Position numbers and translations under genes: made by a program. Of a stretch of 64,000 nucleotides of DNA, positions 31,795-45,800 are shown piece by piece. Under the pieces are notes generated by a model that saw only the letters and a program-made list of their open reading frames with translations, was not told the origin of the DNA and did no database searches. Each line of letters starts with the position of its first letter. The stretch's first letter is position 1. The DNA is from Chlorokybus atmophyticus (taxonomy: Eukaryota > Plantae > Mesostigma and Chlorokybus algae), in NCBI GenBank assembly GCA_009103225.1, contig RHPI01002264.1:37633-101632 (forward strand), in the 5' to 3' direction.

Positions 31795-34700
31795 CTAGTG
31801 TCTTAAAGGAGTTGGTACGGGTGTGCAGAACCTCCTTATGCCGAGCGCGGCCGCGACGGGCTTCACCACCGCCCGCTTTACCCTCGCCAACAACAACACC
31901 TTCTGCTTCCCTTTCCTCTTTCCACTCTCCTCTTTGCTGCTCTTTGTCCCGCTCGTCATCAACGCCATCGTGGTCGTTACGCGCCGACGCTTGGGACTCA
32001 ACACAGCGCACTGTGGTTGTGGTTGTTGTTGATGCGGTCGACTCACGCCAAGCACAACACAGTCGTCCACACTATCTCTACCCTCATCCTCATCGACATC
32101 AACCACAACAGTCGCATGTGGCATTGTCGGGATGTTGTTGGGCTCAACATCGCGCTGCTCGGCTCTTTCATCAGCGTGCTCCTGCATGTCTCTCTCAATT
32201 GGCGTGGTCTCCTGCTCTGCTTTGTCATGTCGGCAATGTTGTGTCCGCTCCTCTTCTCGCGCGCGCTTGAACGGGTTGAATGGCTGCTTGGCCATGCGTG
32301 GCGTTGTTGTAGTTGCGGCGGTCGGTTCGCGTATGTGGTCAAGAGAGTCTTCTTCGGCTGCGCGTGATGATGACGGCATTGAAGCTGGTGTTGTGAACAG
32401 CCGCGCCACGTGCGCCACGCTGCACAACGCAGCTGCTGCCACACATAAACGCGTTCAACCCCAAACATGCGCGCACACGTAAACACGCACACATACGTGC
32501 GTGCGCACGCACACGCTTGCGCGTGCACGCACGTGCATACCCAAAAGCATGTGCAAGCATGGATGCGTGCGTGCAGCAGCGAGTGTGGTAGCAAGTGAGA
32601 ACTTGTCTCACCAGGTGTGACCACGTCTCTTTCGCGTGCGCACCCTCGCTCGACAACATCTTCATTACTCCGAGCACTGGCGCCTGGTGTGGATGCCGGA
32701 ACGACATAGTGGGTTGGCTTCATGCGCGCCCCAGCGCCCGGCCACCCGGCTGGCGTTGAAGGGGGAGGAGGCGTGCGGGGAGTGCGTGCTGCTTTTGGCA
32801 TCACTGTTGGGTGTGTGGATGCGTGCGGAGCGAGCGTCATGGGATCGAGGCGGCCCTCAGCCACGCCGCGCGCCACTTCCGCATCCAACTCGCTGCATAG
32901 CAGCACAGCATTTGGTATAGCAACACTGATACGTACACAGACGCACGCGTACACACACGCGCGCGCATACATGGGTGACTGTGCGCGCGCGCACGCACGC
33001 TTCAGATCACATGCAGACACACGTGCATGGGCAATGCACGTACGCGCCGAGAAAGTCCATGTCTCTACTGCCGTCACCACCATTCTCGAGCTGCTCCCTG
33101 AGGGCGGTCGGGACGGGGCTGAGGTGAGCCATGCGTTGGGTCCGCCAGTCGTAACTGCGCGCGCATGTGCACGACATCAAGCCCACAACAGGCATGAAGC
33201 ATTCATACAACTAGCATTAGACAAGCGCACATGCGGGCGTTGCGGAAGGCCAGCACGGACTTCACGAAGCCGAGGACGTACTCGGGGGAGGGCCGCGGCT
33301 TCATGCGATCGCGCATGTAGTGAAGAACCTGCGAGCCACTCAATGACATATCGACAATGACGCATGCGTGCGCGCATACGCACAAACAATAGCACACATG
33401 TGCGTGTACACGCACAAGCAAACAAACAATTGCATGTGCATGCATGCATGCACGTGCACGCACATAGACACACCTACCTGTTCCAGCGTTTTGAACGGCC
33501 TCAAGTGCTTGACTGCCGTCCTGAAGCCCACTCCCGGCATGGACTCCAGAAAATCACACCCCGCCAGCACACACGCGGCTGCACACAACCAACAACCAAC
33601 AATCAACACCACCGCCCACACACAATCCAAACCACACAACATTCACACTACCCTACCGAGAAACGTGTCGTGAGTGAAGCCGGCAAAGGACAGCGCGCCA
33701 GCTGGGAGTTTGTCCAGTGGATGTTGTTGGGTTGTTGTACTTTGTGGTGATTTTGCTGTTGAAGTGGTGGTGTTGATGATGTGAGAGAGTTCTACGAGGG
33801 CGCCTGTGCCATCTCGGTCCATCTTGAAGAGCACGCGCTCGACACCGTAAGCTAGGAGGTCCGAGTCCTCACTGATCACCGCGAGCACGCCGCCGTCGGC
33901 CTCGCTCACTCGCGCCAATGCAGCCAACTGACAGGGTAGATAGATACAGCGAGTGAGCGAGTGAGTGAGTTCACGCTCATAGGCACATATTGCACACGTA
34001 TACATACACGCACTTGTGTACTCGCACGCACGCGCACATGCGTGTACACGTACACGCGCGCGCGCATGCGTGCTGGCACCCACGCATGCGCGTGTGTGTT
34101 GTTTGTGCAAAAAGACAAGCACCCACCCCCAATGCCAAAGCATCCCCACCCCACTCCTTTTACTCCCCGTCACCTGCGCGTCGGCTTCGTAGGGCGCTAC
34201 CACAAACTCCACCCCCCTCTCCCTCATCGCCCCCGCCACCCCCCTCACCATCTCCGCGCTCACCCCCGCCGCGCGCTGGAAGTAGCACGTCGCGCCGGCA
34301 TTGTCACCCGCTGCGAGGAGAGCCCGGCCCAACTCGAGAGACTTGGACCTGAGACTGAGAGAGGGGAGAGGGGAGTTTGTGTGGGTGGGTGGGGGTGGGT
34401 GGGAGGGAGGAGAGGGAGTGTGACAAAAGCGTACTGTCTGCGGGTGGTTTCGGTGTTGCGTTTGAGGGGGAGTCGGCCGCCGTCGAAGGCGATCACGGGG
34501 ATGAGGCCGTGGAAACGGAGAAGGTCCACGCGGTGGAGGAAGTACCTGTGTGGTGGGTGTGTGTGCGTGTGCGCGCGCGCGTGCGCGTGCTAGTGCGTGC
34601 GTGCGTGTACGCACTCGATTGTGCGTATATGCGTGTGTGTGCGCAACCGAATGTGCGTGTGACCGCACGTGCTCACGTCCCTATCTGTGTGTGCGAGCAT

Positions 34701-35293
34701 GCCTGCACACACAGACAGACACACGTGCACACACGTGTGCGCATGTGTTTGACTCTATGCATGTAGGCACGTCTGTGTTTGGTGTGGTGGCCACGTCACA
34801 TACCTGATGTAGGCATCTGTTGGCAATCCTTCGCACAGCTCCAGGGCACACGCGTACGCTGCACGATGCACATCAGAGTATCACATAGCATCGCAAGTTG
34901 GCTTGAGTCCACCAATCGACTACACGTGACTCCGTTAATTGAATGCATGTCAGTACAACTTGAAGTTTCCAGTTGTGTTTGACTTAGAGCAAGTCAGTTA
35001 CCTCCCTTGTGGAGCCAGCACGAGGCGTCCACACCCACCTGAGTATCAGTACGATCATGGGTTATGAAAAGCACAGCCGCCATTATCCAACAACGATGAC
35101 GACGATAAGCTCAACAACGCGGCCATATACGAGCACACGCACAATGTGTGTGCAATGTTGGTGTGTACATGAGTGTCTCCCTCTCGCTCTATATCACAAG
35201 GTCGCACTCTCTCACCCTATGTCCAGCGAACTCCGACACGTGGCATTGGCGCTGGTAGGGTCTCAACTCCTTGAGCAGCCCTTGCACACCCAT
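31795..35293 (-). CDS. EXO1: Exonuclease 1 (XPG/FEN1 family), multi-exon
   Basis: MGVQGLLKEL, VGVDASCWLHKG, AYACALELCEG, FDGGRLPLK, FVVAPYEADAQLA, ISEDSDLLAYGVERVLFKMD, LAGCDFLESMPGVG. The C-terminal exon structure is less certain. Confidence 0.93.
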
Positions 35294-35538
35294 CTCAACA
35301 CCAACATCCACCACCCCGCCGCCGCCTGATGCAATGCAAGTCAAAACACTGCACAAATTCAAACTGTTGTACCCGCGCTTTCTTGTGCGCCACCGCACAG
35401 TGTTAGTGCCCAAACGCTTGTGCGTCAAATGCACAAGCTTTTGTGCGATTACGCACAAGGAAGGATAAATCAAACTAAACTAAGCTACACCCGTAGGCTT
35501 AATCCTTCACACCTGAACCCTGTGGCCTAGACCCTACC

Positions 35539-37610
35539 ATGGCGGCGGCGGCGGCGGCGGCGGCGGCCATGCAGGTGTCCGGGTGGTCGGCCGTGAGGCC
35601 TGTGGGCTTGCTGTTGGGTGCCAGCCCCCCGCCGTCTGCCGGTGGGAGGAGTCGGCGGACGAGGGTGGCCAGGAGGGCCAGGAGAGCGACGACGGCTATG
35701 GCCGCGGTGGAGAGCGGCGGCGGTGTCCGGGAGAGGCCGGTCTGGTCGGGGGAGTCGCCCGTGTCGTGGCTTCTCAACCAGGCCATTAGGATTGAACCCA
35801 CTTATAGGTGAGGTTGTTGTTGGCAGTGTGCCTGCCAGTGCTTATGCATGGCCAATGCATGCGCACGCGTTGGATGTCAAAGCAATCTTTACAAGCAATC
35901 TTTACAATTGTAGGCACTAATCAACTCCTACCGAATGTGCGTTGGTCATTCTATAGCTGTAACTACTCTTGACATGAGCAACACGAGGTGGGTGTGGCAC
36001 AGTTCATGTGTTGGCATCGCGTGCAGCGAGAGTTGCTGGCTTGCATTGTGCAGTACATGTGCTCTGTCTCGCACCCATGTAACCGCACTGCTTGCAAGCC
36101 ATTGTGTGATCCCTCGCACATGTTTGCTTGTGCATTGCATGATCATGCACGACTTGTCCTATGCCAATCAACAAGAATGTCAACGTGCAGGGCGCTGATA
36201 GCGGTTGGACGGGCGCTCTTCTTGAACACAGCACGCAGCTCCGGCGTGCCGTGGGATGAGAACCGCCGCCAGCTCGAGCAACACGTGGCCACGCTGCAGC
36301 GCCTCGCCGACGAAGTCAAAGACCCCCGCACCGCTGCCCCCGAGTACTACCTCAGCCGCTTCCACGGGTAAATGAAGTTACAGTCGCAGTAAATAAATAA
36401 CATCTCATTGCCAGCACACATGCTGCATGCCAAAACAACACGCATTCGCTCTCGTGCACACACACACGCTTAACCATGGGTGCACAGGCTTGTGCAAACA
36501 CACACATACACGTACACACGCAGGTACTATGAGGGCAACCTGTGTTGGGATGCTGCGTTGGAAGTGGAGTCTGCCTCCCAGGTGATGGGCGCGCGTTGCT
36601 TCCCGGACTCGCCTTCCCCCGAGTCCGCCTTACTAACGCTTCGCGACGCCATCGTGGACGTGATGTTGGCTTACCGCCAGCGCGTTGGTCAAAACAACAA
36701 CAGCATCAGGCACGTCCTCGACGCCGGTTGCAGCTGCGGGTTGAGCACGCGCCACCTGGCACAGCGCCTCCCCAACGCACATGTCACGGGGTTGGACCTA
36801 TCGCCAAACTTCCTCGCTGTTGCGCGGTTCCGGGACACACCTGAAGGTGGTGCTGACACATCGAAGCCACGCAACTGGGAGTATGTGCACGCGTGCGCGG
36901 AGGACACGCGACTGCCTGATGCTTCGCAGGTACGAGTGAATGTCACTGTGTTGATACTACTGCACTGTTACAGAGTATATATATCACCACTATGTACGCG
37001 ATCACTGTTCTACTCATCCTTGAGAATGCTATTTGTTGTAGTCTCTTCACCTTCTGCCTAATACCTCTCACACTAGTTTACAAAGAACCCGCACAAGTGC
37101 CTGCTACCCACCATCACACTAGCACAGAAAGCGCTTGTGCACATGTGTGCACGCGCGCACACGCATGCGCACGTATGAGCGTGCGCTTGATCACGCCCTG
37201 TCACAGACACTGTCCTTGCAATTGTATCACTGCAGCACTGCCACATTTGTTGAAGTACTTCACGTTGCGTCATCTGCAACCGACGCGTTGTCTCACGCGT
37301 CCAGGACGTGGTGGCCTGCAACTTCATCGTTCACGAGCTTCCTCAGCACGCCACGCGCGCATTGTTGAAAGAGGCGATGCGCGTGCTTCGTCCCGGCGGC
37401 ACGTTGTACGCGGTGGACAACGACCCCCGTAGCAAAACCATCCAGTCCCTCCCGCCCTTTGTCTTCACCGCCATGAAGGCCTCCGAGCCCTTTGCCGATG
37501 AGTATTACACGCTCGACCTCGAGGAGGCCATGCGTGACGCTGGGTTCAAACATGTTGAGGCCGCGCCAACAGACCACAGACATCGCTCGGTGCTCGGGAC
37601 CAAGCTGTGA
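35539..37610 (+). CDS. Class I SAM-dependent methyltransferase with a predicted plastid transit peptide
   Basis: Ala/Arg/Ser-rich N-terminus; PEYYLSRFHGYYEGNLCWDAALEVE, VLDAGCSCGLST, GLDLSPNFLAVA, FIVHELP, LRPGG. Confidence 0.9.
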
Positions 37611-38822
37611 GAGGTTGGTTGGCTATTTCGTGCGCGCGGTGTGGTGTACGTACTGTAGACTGTTTCTTTTGTTTGAAGTTTTGGATACATCTGTGAGGTA
37701 GTGGTAGTGAGTCGGCCAGGCTGTGTGGGGTGTGTATGCTTAGGCAGGTGAATCTAGGTAGACAACTTATGCAGTTGAGTCTGAGAAGCTGTTGTTATGA
37801 TGGAACGATACTTGTAGCACAACGTTCGAGCTGGTGACACAGTTTGTGTTTACTTGGGTCAGCTTGATTGGTGTCATCAAGAGAGAGATGGTGCAAAGTA
37901 CACAACACATGTCAGAGCGCACACTGTTTTAGAGGGAATGTAACGCAGTTGGAATTGGCCTACAAAGGACGTGCTCGTGAGATACCTGCTCGTATACTTT
38001 CACGTCATCAGAATCTCTGCGCGAGAATATGGGTACAGGTATCATCCAGTAGTCCTCCAACATGGGCCAAAACCAATGCTTTGACTTAGTGTTGATGGGT
38101 AAAACACCCCAGCCGTAGTAGCGTCAGTCAGTTGTGAGCTAGTCAGTGTTAGGCTCTGGCAGTCACAAGCAGCAACGGCAAAGGCAACAATGATGCGCTG
38201 GGTCCCTCGCGGCCATGGGCTCACCTACATGCAAGAAGAAGCACGTGCATGATAGATACCAGTGCAAACAACCAACGTGGCAAGATAGTCAAGTATTTGC
38301 AGCATGGCGACAGCACTGGCCTGCAAGCCCATTCTGACAAGTAGTATACGTTACAAAAGAGGCTTACTTAGTTTGCGACCTACACAGTAGTAATGCGGGG
38401 TTAATAACCACCACAGGTGGCCGACCTGTTCATACATATATAGCATACATATAGCGTACAACAATGATACAACAATGGTCACTAACTAGATAGCTAACAA
38501 AACCCTCGCCTCAACCGGACATGACTCCAGTCTCCCTCGACCCTCAGGCAACCCACTCCATCCCAGTCATCATGTCTGGTACATCACTCTCGGTGCAACA
38601 CCTGCGCACAGCAACCACATCAGTCTCCTGGTGGCTATCTCGACACGTGTCTGCATCACATGTACACACCCATACATTTACACAAACACCAGTGTGCACA
38701 AGCATGTACGCCAGCATCATGTGCAGTTACATGCAGAGTAGCCAGCAAAACACACGTACCAGGTTGGGTGCGGCGAACGAGGCGTTCGCACGTGCGCGTG
38801 TGTGACCAACTGTATCACACAA

Positions 38823-40297
38823 TCAGAATCCCGCTCGTCGGTTGGCATCTGCGAGGATCTTGCATGCCGACTTAGGCACAAGCGTGTCCACCCTGTACGT
38901 CTGCCCACTAGTGGTTTTCGCCGTGGTGTACCCCACAATGGAGTGCAAACCATAATGTGCCTCCATGGGTGAGGCCACTTGTGTCTTCCACAGCTCATCA
39001 GAGTACTCAAACGCAAAAGACCCGAGGAAGCGCGGGTACTTTGAACCCGTCATGGCCGAGGCCAACGTGCCCGCTGAGGACTGATAGCACTGTTGTTGGG
39101 TGCCGGAGAATACGCTCGGGGTGGGGAGAGATGACAAACCCCACTCTCCAATCACAAGTGGTGTGTTCTTCAACACAGAGTCTTTAAAATAGCCGTCGAG
39201 GACGTTTGTCAAGACCGCCCCGTGCGTGGGAGCGTAGTTTTTGAAGAAGTACATGTTGATGGTGGCCACGTAGCGGGCGTTGTACACGCCGGCCATGTTG
39301 TACTGACTCATCCACCCTTTGATGAGCTTTTGAGATGCGAAGCCGCTGTCGAAGATGGATGCGACGGATATCGGCCGCGAGGAGGGGTCGAGTGTGGACA
39401 CGAGCTTCACCACGCGCATCACCTTGCGGAGACACACGTACAGCGAGTTGCGGCACGCGGGGTCAAGGGTGATCTCGTTCGTGATGACCCACATTGCGTT
39501 GGCCGAGTGGGATTTGAGCGAGTTCACGATCGCGGCGATGTTCTGCTGCCAGTTGGCGTCGTTCAACACGTACCAGTTGGAGATAGGCACCAACACCTTC
39601 ATCCCCCGTGACCTCGCGTAGTCCATGAAGGGCTTGTGGTCCCTTGTTGGATTCACCTGCACTCGCAACAAACATACAAGTCAATGCCAGAACAGTTGAC
39701 AACCGCACTACACCAATGGACAGATGCATGCACGGCATGGTTTCCCCGCACTGTTTGAAACAGTGCGGGGAATGTACATGCTGTTACTGATACAGTTGTG
39801 CACATGACGAGTGCAATTGAGAGTGGTGGTAAACGTTGCATCACCCAGGCACGTTTCCATATTGTGATACGGTGACAGCAGCACTGATACATTGTCATAC
39901 AGACAGAATGCTGCATGCAGATGCGGTTTTTCGATGCACATGCTGTTACACGCTATAATACACCTTTCCCAATACATGGTTTAATACAGCTGCATTGCAT
40001 GTGGGCGCATCATAACAAACAGCTTACTTGGTAGAGACGGACTGAGTTGAAGCGCATGTCGCTGCGCATCTTGCCAATGTCATCTCGCCCCTTCGGTCCC
40101 CACATCGCTGCGAAATCGGCATTGGCGTAGTCTCCCGACCAGTACGGTCCCGGCGAAGACACGCGGTAGTCCGACGGCGCGGGGGAGTAGCACACGCCGT
40201 TGAGTGGTCTCAGAGATTGACCCGCGAAGGCGTCGGTGAGAGTGAGCGAGGACAAGGCGAACAGCAACAATGCGCATGATGCCGCCAACAACGCCAT
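38823..40297 (-). CDS. Secreted clan GH-A glycoside hydrolase (TIM barrel); exons 40297-40028 and 39656-38823, 367 aa
   Basis: Signal peptide; LNGVCYSP, NSVRLY, WVITNEI (acid/base NE), LVIGEWG (nucleophile), FAFEYSDELWK. Confidence 0.8.
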
Positions 40298-42873
40298 GTT
40301 GGTATGCGTATCTCTGCGTGTCGCTCACCGTTGCAGTTTCCTGTTGAACCATGACAATGCCTCCACTTAGCATGCAATAGACTGTTCAACAACTTAAACT
40401 TAAAGAGAGTGCCAACACACGGTGGGTAGGAGAGATGCATTGCTTGCTTGCGGTGCGTATGTGTGTACACATGTACACACATACACACCCATGCGCACAC
40501 CCAGCCATCCACACACACCTGGTTGTTGGGAGGGGGGAACAGCTGGCTGCGTGGACCGGGTTGAGCGCAGGTACACACAACGACTGTGTCACTGTGTACG
40601 TGCACACACACGCTAGTGCCAAAAGTACACCAGCTGGGCAATGTGCCACACAGCTCCTCCTGCTGCTTCTCTGAGTCACTGTCGTTACCAGCAGCGTCGT
40701 CCGCCGCTACCTTCTCCTTGTCTACCTCCTTGGCCTCCACACCACAATGCAACACAAAGCACCCGCACTATCCCCCCTCCCACCCTGTGTCTTTTTCCGA
40801 CAACTGAGACCTCAGCGAGGACATATACTTCATTTAACTCCTCGGTCAGAGCCAATCGCTGCGCTGTCAACTAACCGGCTTTTGGGGACGCGTCGCGCGC
40901 CAGTCACTGCACGAAAGTCGGTTCCCAAGACCGGTTACAACTGGCCGCCAACTAAGTTTTATTGACTGCGGCAGTTCTTCGCTTTAAAGTCTTTTTGCGA
41001 GGCTGAAGCGTAACGTTTCTGAAAATGTCCGAAAAAGACACAAGTGGACACTGCTGGACACTGTTGCGCGCTGACGCGAGGGACTTGAGCCAATGAGCGT
41101 AGAAGTCGATGGGATGTATTGGTCATCCGGGGACAAAGTCAAGGGCGGGAAGCTACGTCGCTGTACGTAGCCCTCCCGCGGTCCCGTCACTTTCTAGCGT
41201 CCCTACTCGGACCGGTGACGGGTTGACGGTCATTGTGACTACTACTGTCCAGTACTCGACACACTCTGTAAAACTGAGCATGCCGGTCAACAAGCCAGGT
41301 CAAGCGGTTCATTGCGGCTTACGCCGCCACTCTGGTGCCAACCGGGCACATCTCTGGCCATGTACTGGACAAGGATGGCAACAACAGAATGGGCTAGTGC
41401 GTCGCCTACAAAGTAGACTGGCTGTAATGGGGTTGGCAAGGCTGCATGCATAGCCCATGAGGCTGCTCTCGACCCCTGTGATATCGGGGGGATCTGCTAG
41501 ACAGGGACCGCAATTTGTGTACGAAGTGCAGTACGACTTGTTGTGCACCGCCATAACTGGAGTATAATTTGGCCCATAATGTGTGGGCCATAAGTTTGGG
41601 CCTTGTGACAAGGCACTTGTGGCCACAAGTTGTGCGCCACAAGGCCCAAAGGTTGCATGAGACTGCTGTTCAATGCCCAAAACACAGCATGCACCACAAC
41701 CTGACATGACTCATGAGGACCGCGGTGGCATTGATGTCGCAAATTTGCATGTGCGGGAGACTGCGTCCCCAAAGGACACAGCACAGGACTCCCATGCTAG
41801 CCCAGAACGTTACCCAGGGTCGTACATTTTATGCCAGGTGTAGGGCTCCCGGACTCCGGAGGCCCTTTGTAGGGCTTCCGGGAGACCGTCTCCATGACAT
41901 CATTGCTCGACAAGAAGGGAATGCCTATATTCAATCATACAGGCCCTCGCCTTAAACTTATCGACGCTGTGCCAGATGGCGCCCTCGAGTCACTCCCGTA
42001 CAGAAGTTTCATCTCGGTCCAGTGCATGCTGCAGCTCGATATAGCACGTGACCCGCCACTGGGGACGAGACTTATTGCGGTGGACCCATAGCAAGCCCTC
42101 TTTGGCTTACACGTGTGCTGCTCTGGATATTTGGCGGCGTCGGTATGCGACAGCCATTCGCGGTCAATTTGAATTTGTCTGGTGATGGCGCCTTGGGACT
42201 GCGTTATTACAGTGTGATGACGATGTGTGACGACACCTTCCCTGTTCCGTGATGGCAGCTTCCTCAGTGCATGCCGACACTCAAACACTTTACATAAGAG
42301 TGCCAGCAAGTGAACAGCGGTGCAATGCGGTGTGAAGCTGAAAGATATAGAGATGTATGCCAGTGTGCCAACAATAAGGAGTGGCGCTCACAACTCGCGG
42401 GGCATGGGCGTTAGTGTGTATTCAATGCTTGCTACAATGTCACAAACGACATCAACGACCACAAGCAATGGTGGTAGGTAAGCGTATGGTGTACTCAGGC
42501 ACGCTCATAGCTACCTCAAACCACCATCACCAGTTGGACCAACAGCAGCATAGTGTTTACTGAGGCATAACCACTCACCACAACCCTCAACCAACATCAC
42601 CAAATGAACAAAAAACTGCAACAGAAAATAAGGACAAATGTTGCAAGGCCAAGGCAACTTATTTGTTGTCTTGTTGGCACAACTTGCTGCCATCTGTGAC
42701 AGCAAGCCCATGCTACAGTGTTGAACTGCGTCACAACCGAATCACTAGCCAAACAACTGAATAACTACAAACAGCATGCGCGCAAGCGTGTCAACAACCA
42801 CATCATGCCAGGCACGGACAAGTTCCTGCAGCTCTCTACGCAACTACTAGGCATCTGCGCACGAAGTCCACGC

Positions 42874-45800
42874 CTACTTGGCTGAAAGAGCTTTCTCTTT
42901 GTCTGTCACCTCCTGCAGCGCCCCATGCAGCATCTTGTAGTCTTCTGTATCTTCAAAGCTCTCTGCTGCCTACGAAGGCAGTTCCACTCAAGATTTGTGC
43001 TCCATGCACCCACAGCGCAAGCACACAGAGACATACCTGCTTTAGAACACTCCTTAGGTGCATCCTTGCTGAAGCCAGGTCGCGAGTACTGCCAGATGAA
43101 AGATAGGCGGAGCCGAGCAACATAGATGCCTGAGCATACTCTGTAAATGCAGTGGCATTGCGCTGCCAACCATTACCCTGCAGGCCATAGAGACAACAGA
43201 TCAGAGCCACTCGCGCCTTGCAACGGGCTCAGGAATGATGTGTGCGCATGTGACTGTGTATATCACTCCCACCTGCAGGGCTCGGCAATGCTTGAGGGCA
43301 CACTCTGAAGCACTAACATGCTCTCCGCGCCAGTGGTGCAACCTGGCCTTGACTGCCCACACTTGTGCATCTGCAGCTCCGCTCACCACCAACTGTACGC
43401 ACACTAGTCAACAATGCATACATACAAAACAACCGCGCTATGCAGTCTGTGCAAAAAGCGTCCGCATGACGTGTCTCCAACCTGATTGAGCAACTGCAAT
43501 GTTTCCCGTTCTAGCCGCTCCTCAGGTGGTGGAGGGCGTCCAGGTATGGCTTGAGCGCTCGCAGCTTCTGATGTTGATGTCTCTGCCTCTGATGACGCTT
43601 GGCTTGCAGCCGTGTAAGACTCTCCAGAGGCTGTCAGTGCATCCACCACCTTTCCCAAAACAGGCGCAGATATCCTCTGCCCACTGCTGAGATCAAACAG
43701 CCGGCGCAAGCCATGGACTGCCTGCTCAAGCACAAGGACACGGCTTATTATGGATGCCAAGGATGTGGACTCAATGCATGTGCAGGGCTGTCACAGTACT
43801 CACCGCCGAGTGGTTGCCAATGTCCACCGCCGCTGAGGCATAGTTTTCCCATGTCTGCCATGACTCTCTCCTATACTTGATGGCCTCAGATAATGCTGAA
43901 AACGCCTCCTTCATCCGCCCTCGCTGTACATGAGGTTGCGATGAGCAGCAAGCTAGAGCATAGAAATTACATTATTCGCTTCGAGCGACACTGGCACCCA
44001 CCTGCATTGCAACGGCGGCTATGTTATTCCAGGCTTCACCGTTGTCTGGTTCAAGCTGGGCGACGCGCGTATAAGCCTGCACGGCTCGGTCATAGTCTTG
44101 CACTTTGAGAGCAGCGTAGCCCAGAGAGAACCACACGTCCGGGTAGAGAGGATTGATGCGCAGGGAAATTTCCCAATGCTCAATGGCCGTTGCGTACTCT
44201 GAGCGATTGTACGCCGACAGAGCCAGCAGGCGCTGTGCGCGTGCGTATCGCTTGTTTGACTTTTCCCATGCAGTCACAAAATGACTGTCATCCCTGGTGA
44301 GGGTGCCCAAAGCACACCTACAAAGGCCTTTGGTGAGTCACAGCACGGCAAACCATGTAGTATAGCAACCGCAATGTATGCAGATGCTATACCATAGCCG
44401 CGGCTCATCAGGCGACACTGCAAGTCGTTCCTTAACTAGAGTCATGCACTGTGCTGTCTTTCCCAACATCCTGCAATCGCAGACAAGCATTAAATCAATT
44501 TAGCTTGCATCTGGCTGACACATGAAAAGCCGCCAGCATACCTGTAACACTCGATGAGATTGTCCCACAGCTCCAGCAACTCAAAGATTTGTAGAGCGCT
44601 GCCAACATTGCCGCTGGCCAAGAGCTGCTCGCCGAGCTCCTTGTGCAAGACTGGTACAGGGGGGAAGACCACTGCATGCACCAATTGCATGCGTTGCGCG
44701 GGCGTGCTCTTCGACTCTCTCTGTGCTTCCACCTGCAGTTCTTGACTTGCTAATCAGACAGAGTCCGCGCGCAGTCGTGAGTAACGAGTAGTGGAGCCAC
44801 TGACCAGTCTGTGAAGCTGCAGCAAAGCGCGTTCACGGGTTCGACTTCGCTCTCGCTCATGCTGCGCTCGAAGCCGCAAACCAGCTGCGCGCACTGCAGG
44901 ACAGGACACCTTCTGCCGGCCCACAGCTTCGATGAATGGGACCATCTCATAGCCACGCAAATCATCCACGGGCCTGCAGAGTATGCTTATCAACGCACGA
45001 AGCAGACTGACTGGCACGGGACAGCCTATGACGACACGCGCGCGCCCCTACCTACCCTCCAGTACTCACCTGTTGCGCTTTGTGTGCATGCAGTACGCCA
45101 AAACTACTGCCTGCTCTGTGGGACTCAAGGCACCCTAAAAGCGCACAGATCAGTGATCAATCCTGTCATTCAGACCTCGCAGGAAACACACAGTAAGGTC
45201 AAGCAAAGCATGGCGCATACAATGCACTCATCGCCCTTGCCTTGGCAACAAGTTCTTCATGGTCTTGGCCCCCTTCTGGCACCAGCCGAGGAGCCAGCAA
45301 GATGTCTTCTTCTTGGCCCACATCGGCATCAGTTACCTCTGCATCTAAATCATCCCCTTCTGCAGCGGCAGCAGAAGGCTCGATGTCTGCGGGGCGCTCT
45401 GCTGAAGAAGTAGCGATCAGGACCATCTGAGCCTTGGGGTCCACCTGCACGCAACACGTATATGTAGTATGCAACGCAGAGGAGGTACGACCCTTGCTAA
45501 TTGCAACAACAAGAACTTCATGCCTCTATAGTCTTACCTGGTAGTGCGTGCGGAAGCCCAAAGCTCCTGTGAGCTGCAGCTCCAGATGCATTGCAGCTGC
45601 GGCATCATTGCAAAGCTGCCTGCCAAACAATGCTCAAAACCACGACTAGGTCTGACATTACACTTGCTGAGCGCATGCAAGACCACTTCAGCCCAGGCTG
45701 TAACTCACCGTACGCTGTCCATGTGGCCAAACACGTAGTGTGCAACCGCAGCCTCCAGGCGGCAGGTGGCTGCTATGGCTTCCGCACCTGGCGTGGCGGC

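Noticed and set aside
41430-41560. Minus-strand CTSYTNCGPCLADP resembling a PSI-type Cys motif
   Set aside because: Too short, with no supporting exons.
41286-42048. 12-mer GTCAACAAGCCA (41286) and 13-mer CTCGATATAGCAC (about 42036) matching element B repeats
   Set aside because: There is no extended alignment, the spacing differs from B, and there are no termini or TSD; probably chance.
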